The notes under the pieces were generated by a model, which was not told where the DNA came from, ran no database searches, and saw nothing but the letters and a program-made list of their open reading frames with translations. A stretch of DNA of 64,000 nt, taken from positions 4,416,001 to 4,480,000 of the forward strand of contig OY760175.1 in the NCBI GenBank assembly GCA_963663165.1. The letters are read 5' to 3'. Made by a program: the position numbers and the translations under genes. The DNA comes from an uncultured Desulfospira sp. (GTDB lineage: Bacteria > Desulfobacterota > Desulfobacteria > Desulfobacterales > Desulfobacteraceae). This document shows positions 28,232 to 38,602 of this stretch, one piece after another; positions within the stretch are counted from its first letter, which is position 1, and each line of letters starts with the position of its first letter.

Positions 28232-28423
28232 ATTTTGACCCCAATGTGTTAAAGTTCAGAAAAAAATATAAAATCATATGCCATAAAGATTCCGGGCTTG
28301 TCTGATCGATTCCTTGTTGCCCCATGTCCATTTCAAAGAAGGGTTCGATGACAGGGATAGTCTTTGGTTGCATCCATCGAAAATTTGTAATGCGAGTAGT
28401 CCTCTCCTTCAATACTTTAAAAC

Positions 28424-28831
28424 CTATTTCGTTTCGATCCAATTTTCCAACCTTAAACCATCAACTCTAATAAACTCACGCATATTGTTTGAAACCAAGA
28501 TCAATGATTCACTTCGGGCATGCCCGGCAATATGCAAATCATTGACCCCGATAGGGGTGCCTTTCTTTTCTAAGTCAGCTCTTATATTTCCATAGTGGGC
28601 TGCAGCATTATCGTCATAGGCAAGGACTTCCAGGCGGGATACAAAATCTTCTACTTTTCTTAAATTATGAGACACCATAGCGCTTTTTTCGGCACCATGT
28701 AAAATTTCGGCCAACGTAATTGAACTAATACACATCTGCCCTGCATGGGCGTTGAAAACGTCTAAAATTTCAATTGGCCGACGCTTAATCACATAGATAA
28801 CAATATTGGTGTCCAACATATATTTCAACAT
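28424..28831 (-). CDS. vapC: VapC PIN-domain toxin
   Basis: YMLDTNI, ISSIT.AE, GTPIG.NDL.IAGHA and LVSNN.REF.RV.GL.LENW. Confidence 0.95.
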   Translation of the reverse strand: MLKYMLDTNIVIYVIKRRPIEILDVFNAHAGQMCISSITLAEILHGAEKSAMVSHNLRKVEDFVSRLEVLAYDDNAAAHYGNIRADLEKKGTPIGVNDLHIAGHARSESLILVSNNMREFIRVDGLRLENWIETK

Positions 28832-29064
28832 CAAAAAGATTCCCTTTCTGATTGTTCCTGTGACGCACGCTCCGTCATAAAATCATCGGACACCCCATCG
28901 TCAGAAAGAAAAAAACTGTCCCATGTATTTTCTACGGGCGAAAGTACGCGGTCTTTGCCGACAATACGGACAACAACTTTTTTCACGTTTTCAGGGAACC
29001 TGCTGTCAACCGGCAATCTTACCGCTTGGGTTCTATTATTTACAAAAACGGTTCCTACAGCCAT
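28831..29064 (-). CDS. vapB: VapB (AbrB/VagC-type) antitoxin
   Basis: TVF.NNRTQAVRLP....FP..VK.V...WDSFF....VSDDFM.ER. Confidence 0.92.
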   Translation of the reverse strand: MAVGTVFVNNRTQAVRLPVDSRFPENVKKVVVRIVGKDRVLSPVENTWDSFFLSDDGVSDDFMTERASQEQSERESF

Positions 29065-29609
29065 AACCCAATCTCCTTTAATAAATTCGCTATATATCTG
29101 AAGTATAAAACAGAAAGGTGTATTTAGCAATGGTATATAGCATCAATCTTTATCTCCAAGCCTTTAAAATAGTCGTCTCCATTACGGCATCTACGGGAGC
29201 ATTACAGGGAAAGTCTATGGCAATTGTCTATTGAAAAACAAAACCGATCGAATAAGTAGTCCTCGCTTCAAAAGTCTCTATCATGGCTGCCGAATTTTTC
29301 ATATCAACTCACCTAACAGTGCAAATAATTTAAAACGTATGCTGTTCTGATGTCGGCTTAGCGTGTACAATAAAATTAGAATAACACTTTTAATAATAGG
29401 TGCAATTCGGGGGTGCCATATATAAATGCAGGCGGGTCAGTAGGATGGCCCGGAGTTTTATAAGAAACTGGAGACAAGAAACAAGAGACAAGAGGGCGAA
29501 GCACCTGCGGTGCCCAATTTATAGTCTACCGTTGTTGGTATCTTCAGTTTCATTATTCGTTGTGGGCTTGTGGCCCATGGCAGTTATAAGAAATATGGGA
29601 GACTGATTA

Positions 29610-30653
29610 ATGGCCGGGGACACACCGCAAGAAAACACACCATCCAAAGGACAGTTTTTGGTCTATCAGGACGAAGATGGCCGGCTTAAGTTAGATGTCC
29701 GGATTGAGGATGAATCTGTATGGTTAACCCAGCAGTTGATGGCAGATCTGTTTCAAAGTTCAAAGCAGAATATAAGCCATCATATTAATTCAATTTATGA
29801 AGAAAGTGAGTTGGCGCCGGAGGCAACTGTCAAAAAATATTTGACAGTTCGCAGGGAAGGGAACCGAGACGTAAAACGCCTGCTGGATTACTATAATCTG
29901 GATATGATCATATCCGTTGGTTACCGGGTAAAAAGCCGTGTGGCCACCCGTTTTCGTATCTGGGCAACGGAACGGCTCAAGGAATATATTATCAAAGGGT
30001 TTACTCTGGACGATGACCGTTTGAAAAATCCAGACCTTCCCTTTGATTACTTTGAGGAACTGGAACGGCGGATTCAGGATATACGGACGTCCGAGCGTCG
30101 GTTCTATCAGAAAATTACCGATATTTATGCCACAAGCATAGATTATGATCCCACCATGGATATCAGTATTTCATTTTTTAAGACAGTCCAAAACAAGATG
30201 CACTGGGCCATAACCGGCCAAACAGCCGCTGAGATTATTCATTCCCGGGTTGATGCTGATAAACCCAATATGGGGCTGACCAATTACCGGGGGACAAAGG
30301 TCCGCAAGCAGGACGTTGTCATTGCAAAAAATTACCTCAATGAAGACGAATTAGCGGCCTTAAATAATTTGGTTGAACAATACCTTATTTTTGCACAAGG
30401 CCAGGCCATGCGCCGTATTCCCATGTATATGGAAGACTGGATTAAAAAGCTGGATGGTTTTCTTTCGATCAATGATCGGGACATTTTGAACCATGCGGGA
30501 AAAATTTCCCATGAATCGGCAAAGCAGACGGCTGAAAATGAGTATGAAAAATTTCATACCCGGCGTTTGATCTCTTCAAAAAATGAACTGAGCGACTTCG
30601 ATAAGGCGGTAAAACAAATAGAAACCTCAAAGAAAATAAAAGGCAAAAAATAA
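29610..30653 (+). CDS. RhuM-family virulence/DNA-binding protein
   Basis: VWLTQ..MA.LF, YNLDMIISVGYRV.S..AT.FR.WAT..LKEY..KGF and IR.SERRFYQKI.DIYA. Confidence 0.92.
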   Translation: MAGDTPQENTPSKGQFLVYQDEDGRLKLDVRIEDESVWLTQQLMADLFQSSKQNISHHINSIYEESELAPEATVKKYLTVRREGNRDVKRLLDYYNLDMIISVGYRVKSRVATRFRIWATERLKEYIIKGFTLDDDRLKNPDLPFDYFEELERRIQDIRTSERRFYQKITDIYATSIDYDPTMDISISFFKTVQNKMHWAITGQTAAEIIHSRVDADKPNMGLTNYRGTKVRKQDVVIAKNYLNEDELAALNNLVEQYLIFAQGQAMRRIPMYMEDWIKKLDGFLSINDRDILNHAGKISHESAKQTAENEYEKFHTRRLISSKNELSDFDKAVKQIETSKKIKGKK

Positions 30654-30894
30654 TATCGGCGACATCATTTTTGATATTGGAACGAGCCTGAATTACAGGA
30701 TAGTCTGGTGGGTTCGTTCACCTGAAAAGCGGACAATGTTACGTAGGTAGTCTTCACCTCAAAAGCTTAATTTGATCTTCCGAATTTCCGATCCGAGCAC
30801 CCAATGACATAAGAAGTCAACGCCTTTACTGGCAAAGGTTGCACACAACATAAATACCATAAGTAATCGCTTGAAATTTTTTCACAACTTTTTT

Positions 30895-30912
30895 ATTGAA
30901 TAAATATTCAAT
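30895..30912. promoter_or_regulatory. Candidate TetR operator ATTGAATA-aa-TATTCAAT
   Basis: Perfect 8-2-8 palindrome about 46 bp upstream of tetR. Confidence 0.55.
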
Positions 30913-30958
30913 CAATGGTAATTCACTTACTCCATTAAGATGAAGCAGGAGAAATAAT

Positions 30959-31591
30959 ATGCCAAGAAATGCTGAAACAAACCAAAAAATTAAACAAGAA
31001 CGCAGGGAACGTATATTAAACGGCGCTTTAGAGCTTTTTGTACGAAACGGACTATCTGGAACAAAAATCAGCGATGTGGCTCGGAAAACAAAGATGTCTA
31101 ATGGTTTGGTCTATCATTATTTCTCATCAAAGGAAGAAATATTCATAGCCTTGGTTGAGACTGCTTTCAATCGAATGATTCAAGCCTGTGAATTCCTTGA
31201 ATCTATGGATCTTGAGGCTCACGAAAAGATTAAATATGCGATAGATGAACTGGTTAAGGGTATCCGATCAAATCCAAGTGCATGTCTTTATCATATTTTA
31301 GTTTTTCAGGCGGCATCTTGCGATAATATTCCAGACCAGGCCAAAAAAATCATTCAAAAAAATCATGACAAACCCTATGAAGTTATCTCCAGAATCATTT
31401 CCAATGGTCAGAAACTTGGGACGATAAAGAAAGGATCTGCAGAAGATCTATCTTTCTTTTTCTGGAATACTGTCAATGGACTGGCTATTCATCAAGCCAT
31501 GCATGGCAAGTCTGCAAAAAGTCCACAACTTGAACCAATATACCATATTTTTTTCGATATAAAAGGAGAGCAAATCAAATGTCAGGCATGA
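30959..31591 (+). CDS. TetR/AcrR regulator
   Basis: RERIL..ALELF...G...TKI.DVA......GLVYHYFSSKEE. Confidence 0.93.
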   Translation: MPRNAETNQKIKQERRERILNGALELFVRNGLSGTKISDVARKTKMSNGLVYHYFSSKEEIFIALVETAFNRMIQACEFLESMDLEAHEKIKYAIDELVKGIRSNPSACLYHILVFQAASCDNIPDQAKKIIQKNHDKPYEVISRIISNGQKLGTIKKGSAEDLSFFFWNTVNGLAIHQAMHGKSAKSPQLEPIYHIFFDIKGEQIKCQA

Positions 31592-32457
31592 GTGGCGTAA
31601 AAGTGGCTGAGACTGTATTAGGGCCAATTGAATATTTTCAAAGGGATACGGGGATTGACTCAAATAAAGTCATATTAACAATTCATGGAGCTATGGGTGG
31701 ATATGACCAATCCGATATTTTGGGAAGGACAATAGGACCCGAAGGTTATAGGTATTTATCAATATCCAGACCAGGATATCTAAGAACCCCATTAAAGGGA
31801 AGAGAGGCTCCTGAGAAACAGGCCGACTTGATAGCTGCTTTTCTTGATTCTTTACATATCAGCAAAGTAATTGTGTTTGCTATTTCCGGAGGCGGGTATT
31901 CTGCATTACATTTTGCTTTAAGGCATTGTGGCCGCTGCAAAGCTCTTGTTTTGTGTTCAACAACAGGTGGAAAAAATAACACACCAATACCGTTTGGTTT
32001 CAATGTTATTAAAATTTTGGCACGTATTCCATTTATTGCACATATGATGCGTAAAAGAGTGGAGAATAATATTGAAGAATCTTTAAAGAAATCGGTCTCC
32101 TTTCCTGATGTTCTATCCAAAACTACCAGAGATTGCGAAACTATGAAGCTATTCAAAGAGCTTTCAACAGGAATGATGGACAATATGGCCAAACGCCTTC
32201 CAGGTACAATCAATGATATCAGAATCACCCAAAGCCATGATTATGCCTTAAATGAGATCACGGTTCCATCTCTCATTGTTCACGGTACTGACGACCCACA
32301 CGTCCCTTTCAATGCGCATGGCAGAAGATTAGCTGAAGAGATAGCAGATGCCCAATTATATTTAGCCGAAAAAGGAGAGCATGTTGCTATTTTTACACAT
32401 CGTACCGAAGTGAAGATGGCAGTTACTGAATTTTTGAAAAATTTACCTAATAGTTAG
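31579..32457 (+). CDS. Alpha/beta hydrolase
   Basis: HG..GG, SRPGY, nucleophile elbow AISGGG, HGTDD and catalytic His near the C-terminus. Confidence 0.88.
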   Translation: MSGMSGVKVAETVLGPIEYFQRDTGIDSNKVILTIHGAMGGYDQSDILGRTIGPEGYRYLSISRPGYLRTPLKGREAPEKQADLIAAFLDSLHISKVIVFAISGGGYSALHFALRHCGRCKALVLCSTTGGKNNTPIPFGFNVIKILARIPFIAHMMRKRVENNIEESLKKSVSFPDVLSKTTRDCETMKLFKELSTGMMDNMAKRLPGTINDIRITQSHDYALNEITVPSLIVHGTDDPHVPFNAHGRRLAEEIADAQLYLAEKGEHVAIFTHRTEVKMAVTEFLKNLPNS

Positions 32458-32648
32458 AGTTTAATAAGTGTTCAATTTGTTTATCTAAGCTCGCCCTATC
32501 CTATTTCAAAAAAGCATCCGATATCAGAAGTATTGTGGAGGAGGGATCATTTTAAATTTTTACTGAGGACTACACCATTATCGAAGTGACCCCAGTGTGG
32601 AATTTCAAACCCCGGACTATTATTAAAAGCCATGACCATCCAATCCCC

Positions 32649-32744
32649 TATAAACGGCCACAGGCCGACTTGGTTATCCAGCCAGGCACCGCCCACAACG
32701 AAAAATAATAGTCTTTTCAGTTTGTTAGTGAGACTTTCATATAA
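32649..32744 (+). repeat. Solo copy of the ~91-bp repeat
   Basis: TATAAACGGCCACAGGCCG...ACCGCCCACAACGAAAAAT...GAGACTTTCATATAA. Confidence 0.9.
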
Positions 32745-33011
32745 TAAAGACGGATGCCCGAGGTTATTTGAAATCCTGGTGGCGTTGTATTCATAAAGGA
32801 TTTTCATGGGGCATAATCCGCCAAAAACCTTCAGGGGTACGCAATAAACCTTTAATGGTTCGCCTGCCTTTATTTGCCTATTGTATAACAGCCGCAGACT
32901 GATTGGGTTAGTCCGAAATATCCGGGTTGGGCGGCGAAAAATTGTCCACAACGAATATTGAAAGAATCATTTTTCAGGAGGCTTTCCGGCATCGTGAGAG
33001 ACGGGCTTTTA

Positions 33012-33764
33012 ATGAAAAGCGGTAAGCCGCTGACAGACAGGTGTGCGGTGTTATGTTCCATGATTTATTCCCTGGATGAACGGGCCAAGCTGGCCGGTGC
33101 GGTTTTAACTGTTTTTGCGTCACTGGCCTGTATTCAATGGGAATGCCAGCTTGTTCTTCTGGCGGCATCGCTGCTGCTCTGCCTTGCCTGCCGGGCCGTG
33201 GCAGGGGTTCTGGTTTTTACAGGCGTTGCTGTCCTGCTGGCCGCCGGTATCTTTTTATACCACGGGATAACCGGGTCCCAGACCCTTACCGGTATGGGGC
33301 TCCTGTTTCTGGCTCTCAAGTTCGGCCCCATGTGCGCCATGATTGTCTTTTTGTACAAAGCTGTGGATACCACCCTTTTTTTAAGGGCCATGGCCAAAAT
33401 GAAGGTCCCGGCCATGATCCTTTTGCCCCTTGGGGTCACCTTGCGGTTCATGCCGTCGTTTGTCCGGGAATTTTCCCATGTCCGGGATGCGTTGGCCTTC
33501 AGGGGGCTTGTCCTGTCGCCCGCAACGGTTTTAGCCCATCCTTTCCGGGTGATGGAATCGGTTTTAATCCCGCTGCTGATGCGGTCTGTTTTTATCGGGG
33601 AAGAGTTGTCTCGGGCGGCCCTGGCCAGGGGAATTGATGCCCCGGGCGAACCGGTCAGTATTTACGAGATCCGCTTTTCATTAAAGGATCTGGCATGGAC
33701 GGGCAGCTGGGCTGCCGGTGCTTTTGCGATCCTTTTCTGGGATTGGCGGATGGGGGGAATGTGA
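33012..33764 (+). CDS. ECF transporter T component
   Basis: LD.RAKL, LRF.P, A..RG, PLL.RS and ALARG. Start at 33012 or 33060. Confidence 0.88.
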   Translation: MKSGKPLTDRCAVLCSMIYSLDERAKLAGAVLTVFASLACIQWECQLVLLAASLLLCLACRAVAGVLVFTGVAVLLAAGIFLYHGITGSQTLTGMGLLFLALKFGPMCAMIVFLYKAVDTTLFLRAMAKMKVPAMILLPLGVTLRFMPSFVREFSHVRDALAFRGLVLSPATVLAHPFRVMESVLIPLLMRSVFIGEELSRAALARGIDAPGEPVSIYEIRFSLKDLAWTGSWAAGAFAILFWDWRMGGM

Positions 33765-35275
33765 TCCGGATTAAAAATTTAAGCTTTACCTACAAACCGG
33801 ACAAAACCGGCTGGATACTTAAGGATGCCTGCCTGGATGCCGCACCCGGGGAATGCATCCTGGTCTGCGGGGCCAGCGGGTGCGGGAAAACCACCCTGAC
33901 CCGGGCCGTTAACGGATTGATTCCCCATTTTGAAAAAGGGTGGCGGGCCGGCCGGGTCCTGGTGAACCGGGCCGGGGCTTACCGGGATGTTAAGCATTTC
34001 AGACCCCATGAATTGGCCCGGATCATGGGATCTGTATTCCAGGACCCAAGATCCCAGTTTTTTACCACCCGGGTAGAAGATGAGGTTGTCTGGGGATGTG
34101 AGAACTTAAAATTTGAAAAGAAAAAGATGACGGATCGCCTGGCGCAGGCCCTTTCCCTGTTCAACCTGGAACATCTGCGGGACAGGAACGTGTTTGAACT
34201 GTCCAACGGGGAAAAGCAGCGGGCCGTGTTTGCCTCGGTTTGGGCCATGGAACCCGGCATCTATGTTTTGGATGAGCCCTCATCCAACCTGGACCCGGGG
34301 TCGGTTCAAAATTTACGCTGGATTATCCGCCGGCTCAAAGGAAAAGGCCACACCGTTGTGATTGCCGAGCACCGCTTATATTACCTGGCCGGCCTGATTG
34401 ACCGCATGGTGGTCATGGACCGGGGAAAAATTAAAGCCTGTTACCAGGGCGGGGAAATTCAAGCGCTTTCATCTTCAGCCCTTGAAACCCGGGGGCTTCG
34501 CAGAATGGATCCGGCACACCTTGAGTTTAACGGAGGATCGGGGAGTGCCGGTGCCGGCGGTTCCGGGAAGGTCGGCCGCCAGGACCTGGTGCTTAATAAC
34601 CTGGGATTCCGGCACAAAGGAGACGCCAACCCGGTGATTAGAGATGTCAGCTTTACCATTTCAAGGGGAGAAATTTTAGGGATTTGCGGTCCCAACGGGT
34701 CAGGGAAAACCACCCTGTGCCGGCTGGTCTCAGGCTTGATCCGGAAGACAACAGGTGAGGTCTGCCTTGGCAGCACCCCGTTGCCGGCCAAAGAGCGGCT
34801 TAAGATCTGCCATCTGGTGCTCCAGCAGGCAGACCATCAATTGTTCAGGGCCAGTGTCCGGCAGGAAGTTTTGTCCATGCCCCGGTGCGCAGGAAAAGAC
34901 CGTTTTGCCATAGAGGAGATCCTTCAGTGCCTGGGCCTGCTGGACCTGGCCGATTGTCATCCCCAGGCCTTGTCCGGGGGGCAGAAGCAGCGCCTGTCCA
35001 TTGCCTGCGCCCTGGCCAGGGCCCCGGATTTTTTGATCCTTGATGAGCCCACATCCGGCATGGATGCCGGGCATATGAACCGCCTTGCCGGCCTGCTCAA
35101 GGCGTTTGCCGAAAGGGGCCGCGCTGTGGTGGTGGTCACCCATGATGCGCAGTTTATGGCAAAGACCTGTGCCCGGGCTGTGCTTCTGGATCAGGGCCGG
35201 GTAAGGATGAACCTGGATCTTTCAGAACCCCATAAGGAATTTAACGATTATCTAACCCAGGGAATTTTACCCTGA
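33761..35275 (+). CDS. ECF-type ABC ATPase with two NBDs
   Basis: GASGCGKT/LSNGEKQR/LDEP and GPNGSGKT/LSGGQKQR/LDEP. Confidence 0.93.
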   Translation: MIRIKNLSFTYKPDKTGWILKDACLDAAPGECILVCGASGCGKTTLTRAVNGLIPHFEKGWRAGRVLVNRAGAYRDVKHFRPHELARIMGSVFQDPRSQFFTTRVEDEVVWGCENLKFEKKKMTDRLAQALSLFNLEHLRDRNVFELSNGEKQRAVFASVWAMEPGIYVLDEPSSNLDPGSVQNLRWIIRRLKGKGHTVVIAEHRLYYLAGLIDRMVVMDRGKIKACYQGGEIQALSSSALETRGLRRMDPAHLEFNGGSGSAGAGGSGKVGRQDLVLNNLGFRHKGDANPVIRDVSFTISRGEILGICGPNGSGKTTLCRLVSGLIRKTTGEVCLGSTPLPAKERLKICHLVLQQADHQLFRASVRQEVLSMPRCAGKDRFAIEEILQCLGLLDLADCHPQALSGGQKQRLSIACALARAPDFLILDEPTSGMDAGHMNRLAGLLKAFAERGRAVVVVTHDAQFMAKTCARAVLLDQGRVRMNLDLSEPHKEFNDYLTQGILP

Positions 35276-35366
35276 AAGACCGTGGCGGCCTAAATTTTCG
35301 TTTAAGGTCCGCCCGCAGCAAGAGTGAAAAAAAGAACCGTTTTAAGCTGTACCAACCCGCGGACAA

Positions 35367-35399
35367 CTAACAGCTAATGGCTAACAGCTAACAGCTAAT
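35367..35399. repeat. Heptamer tandem repeat (GCTAAYR)
   Basis: CTAACA GCTAATG GCTAACA GCTAACA GCTAAT directly before an RBS. Confidence 0.8.
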
Positions 35400-35411
35400 C
35401 AAAGGAGGACC

Positions 35412-36431
35412 ATGGAAACCATAACCGACACCGGCATTAACTACCGAAGCATTGAACAGATGCTTTTCAGCAGTATTAAATCAAGGCTGTTGCTTTGTGC
35501 CATCAAGCTTAAAGTGTTTGACCTGCTCGATACCCCGGCCGAGAGTGAAACCGTGGCGGCAGCGCTGAACACCCACCCGGACAATACACGGCTGATGCTC
35601 AAGGGGCTTACGGCCTGCGGCCTTGTCCGGTATAAAGAGGGGAAATATGAAAATACAGGAGAATCAAACGCCTTTCTTAGGTCAAAAAGCGCGGCCTGCA
35701 TCACCGGATGGCTGGACCAGGCCGCCGGGATGTTCGGCCCGATCCTGGATAATTTTGAAACCCTGGTTAAGAAAGGTCCCACGCCTCCCGGGCCGGACAC
35801 CCATATGAACTCTGAGGCCATGTGCGAATTTTATACCCATGCCCATGCCCAGACCGAACTTGCCGGGGTGGCCGCCAAAACCGCCGGGATTGTCCGGGAC
35901 CTGTCTGAATTTTCAAGCATGAAGAAAATGCTGGATCTCGGGGGCGGGCCGGGGTTGAATTCAGTTGCCATTGTCCAGGCCCATGACACCCTTGAAAGCG
36001 TGGTGTTTGACAGGGCATCCGTGGCGGCCATTGCCCGGGCGTATATTGAACGGTTCGGCTGTGTCGGCCGGATCACCACGCTTTCAGGCGATTACACCAA
36101 AGATGACCCGGGAAACGGGTATGATCTGGTGCTGGCTTCAGATACCCTGTATTATGAGGGAAGCGAACTGGAACGGATTGCTGCCCGGGTTTATGATGCC
36201 TTAAATCCCGGCGGGGTACTGGTAGGGATTCACGGGGTGGTGACCAAGGACCGGACCGGCCCCGGGCCCATGGTCCTGGGCATGCTGCCCGATGCCCTTA
36301 TGGGCCAGGGGGAACTGCCCTGCGAAGGGTTTCTGGCACCGGCCCTGCTCCGGGCCGGGTTCAAACAGGTGCAGACCAGAAAAATGTTCATGGTATCTAA
36401 TGAAATGGAGGTAGACATCGCAAGAAAATGA
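35412..36431 (+). CDS. O-methyltransferase family (dimerisation domain + SAM domain)
   Basis: N-terminal wHTH-like region, LDLGGGPG, GDY and LNPGG. Confidence 0.88.
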   Translation: METITDTGINYRSIEQMLFSSIKSRLLLCAIKLKVFDLLDTPAESETVAAALNTHPDNTRLMLKGLTACGLVRYKEGKYENTGESNAFLRSKSAACITGWLDQAAGMFGPILDNFETLVKKGPTPPGPDTHMNSEAMCEFYTHAHAQTELAGVAAKTAGIVRDLSEFSSMKKMLDLGGGPGLNSVAIVQAHDTLESVVFDRASVAAIARAYIERFGCVGRITTLSGDYTKDDPGNGYDLVLASDTLYYEGSELERIAARVYDALNPGGVLVGIHGVVTKDRTGPGPMVLGMLPDALMGQGELPCEGFLAPALLRAGFKQVQTRKMFMVSNEMEVDIARK

Positions 36432-37246
36432 AACGTATCGTTGAATCTTTATCCAATCATGCCAATGAATATATCCGCTGCCTGGCCGGTTCCCATCCGT
36501 TACGAAAGCCGGTTCTCAGTGCCATGCTGGACTTTCTTTCCCTTGAGGGCAAAGGGCTTGATGTCGGCTGCGGCATCGGGCTTCCCGCTGTGGAGATGGC
36601 CCTGAAAGGCCTTGATGTGACCGGCCTTGACCGGGAAGGGGAGTTTATCGAAATTGCCCGGGGGACTGCCGAAACACTCGGGCTTAAAGACTCCCCGGTT
36701 TTTGTCCGGGGGGATGCCGGCCGCCTTGAATTTGAAGCCGATTGTTTTGACTGGGCCTGGAGCATGGATTGTGTCAATTACGCCAAAGGCCTGAATACCA
36801 CCCCTTTATCGGAAATGAAACGGGTGACAAAACCCGGGGGACGGCTGATCCTTTCCGCCTGGTCTTCCCAGATGCTGCTGCCGGGATATCCAATGCTGGA
36901 GGCCCGGTTGAACACAACCCCTGAGGGGTTGGCCCCCTTTGAGGCCGGCATGGCCCCGCTGCACCACTTCATGGCCACGGCAGGGGTATTCAAACAGATG
37001 GGCCTGAAAGCCGTTCGGTGCCAAACTTTTTTACGGGACATTTCCCTGCCTTTGTCCAGCGGGGAAACACAGGCCATGAAAGATATATTTTACATGCGCT
37101 GGTCAGGTTCTCCGTCCGGGCTGGCGCCTGGGGAAAAATCCCTGTACACGGCCCTGACCGATCCTGAGTCTGACCGGTTTGTCCTTTTAGAGCCCGGGTT
37201 TTACGGATTTTTTACCTATACGATGTTCACCGGTGTGGTGCCGTAA
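36428..37246 (+). CDS. Class I SAM-dependent methyltransferase
   Basis: LDVGCGIG, VTGLD, GDA..L.F....FD and RVTKPGG. Confidence 0.88.
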   Translation: MKRIVESLSNHANEYIRCLAGSHPLRKPVLSAMLDFLSLEGKGLDVGCGIGLPAVEMALKGLDVTGLDREGEFIEIARGTAETLGLKDSPVFVRGDAGRLEFEADCFDWAWSMDCVNYAKGLNTTPLSEMKRVTKPGGRLILSAWSSQMLLPGYPMLEARLNTTPEGLAPFEAGMAPLHHFMATAGVFKQMGLKAVRCQTFLRDISLPLSSGETQAMKDIFYMRWSGSPSGLAPGEKSLYTALTDPESDRFVLLEPGFYGFFTYTMFTGVVP

Positions 37247-37320
37247 ACAGCAACCGGGGCTTTGGGCCATCATTGCCCCTGTAAATATGTATATTAAAAC
37301 CGCCATGGGGCTTTGGGCTG
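37245..37320 (+). pseudogene. Possible N-terminal remnant of a YbtP/IrtA-like ABC transporter
   Basis: KQQPGLWAIIAPVNMYIKTAMGL resembles the N-termini of such transporters, and the operon position fits. No full ORF. Confidence 0.3.
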
Positions 37321-37432
37321 TCCTTTACTTTTTCTGCCGCCTTGTAACTGCCTGTGGCAAGGGGACAGCTTTGAATGGCGCCTTGATTTTATTCGGACAT
37401 TCATGGGGGGGGTGGCATCCTAAACCTGGGCT

Positions 37433-38443
37433 TCACCATGTGGCCGGCTGGCTCTTCCGGGCTGTCGCCTCTTTAAGGAGGGTGACCGGCGGATAGTTGA
37501 ACTGCCGGGTAAAGGCTCGGGTAAAATGGGCCCGGTTGGCATACCCGACCTGATAGGCCACCTCTGATACGGTGGTGTCCCCTTTTTCCAGCAGTTCATG
37601 TCCCTTTTCCATTCTCCTGGAAAGGACATAGGCCGAAATTGTGGTGTGGAACAGGTGCTTAAATCCTTTTTTCAATTTGGTCTGGTTCAGCCCGGTTTGC
37701 CGGGCAAGTGCCGCCAAGGTCGGCGGGTCGTGATACTGCCGGTCCAGGATTTGGCGGACCTGGTACAGCTGTTCTTTTTCACGGCTGGAGGGAAGGCGGC
37801 CATGGGCCTCAGGGAGAGAAGGAGATTTGAAGCGGCCCATGGCCAGCGCAATGATTTCCAAAGATTTGGCGGTCAGATAAATGGTTTTTGCGGTTCCCGT
37901 GAACCGGCAATCCATTAACTGCCGGGCCGCCATCCCCATGGAAGGACTTAAACTGTTTTTGACATACGGCAGCGGTTCAGATGCTTGGGCCTTTGCAAAA
38001 GGCAGGCCGCCCATGATGCGTTTGCTCATCTCCCGGTAAGGCAGCCTGTCCGGTTCAATCAGCAGACTGATCAGCAGGATGGGGTCATGGGGCATGCCCT
38101 CAATGATGCCATTATCCAGGTCAGATCCGGACAAGCACATCTCGAACTGCCCCGGCAGGGTCTGGTATGTGGGAACCGGCCCGGGCCGGTCCTGGGTCCA
38201 GTTGAGCCGGCCGGACATGCAAAGGGTGATTCCCAAAAAATAATGTTCAGGAATTACCCGGGCACACAGTTGTTCTTTTAAGGTATAATGTTCCAGGTAA
38301 AGCTTTAATCCTGGCTCCAGGGATATTTCCCTGCGGTACCCTTTGCCGATGGCATGGGGCAGGGTTCGCACAGTTTCAGCCCCATCCCGGGCAGGATGTC
38401 CTCCATAGCACTGAAACTGTTCAAATAATCTGGATGTATTCAT
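37433..38443 (-). CDS. AraC-family regulator, PchR/YbtA-like
   Basis: YL.AK.LE, PPTL..LARQ.GLN..KLKKGFK..F and VSEVAY.VGY.N..HF.RAF. Confidence 0.92.
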   Translation of the reverse strand: MNTSRLFEQFQCYGGHPARDGAETVRTLPHAIGKGYRREISLEPGLKLYLEHYTLKEQLCARVIPEHYFLGITLCMSGRLNWTQDRPGPVPTYQTLPGQFEMCLSGSDLDNGIIEGMPHDPILLISLLIEPDRLPYREMSKRIMGGLPFAKAQASEPLPYVKNSLSPSMGMAARQLMDCRFTGTAKTIYLTAKSLEIIALAMGRFKSPSLPEAHGRLPSSREKEQLYQVRQILDRQYHDPPTLAALARQTGLNQTKLKKGFKHLFHTTISAYVLSRRMEKGHELLEKGDTTVSEVAYQVGYANRAHFTRAFTRQFNYPPVTLLKEATARKSQPATW

Positions 38444-38602
38444 TAATCAAATAAAATTTTGTTCAACATTGACAACTCAATTATATGAGTAAATTTTATT
38501 TGTCAACCAATTAATTTATTCATAATATGAATAATGTTCGTTTAATCAAATATTACAATTTACGAAAGCTTTCGGCCTTTTTATACCGTCACGTCAGGGG
38601 GG

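Noticed and set aside
29310..29390. Integron attC site (ACCTAAC...)
   Set aside because: No convincing complementary GTTRRRY with L/R boxes, and no integron integrase.
29614..29623. CCGGGGACAC at the start of rhuM as a REP site
   Set aside because: It lies inside an intact reading frame and lacks the AATT end, so it is probably chance.
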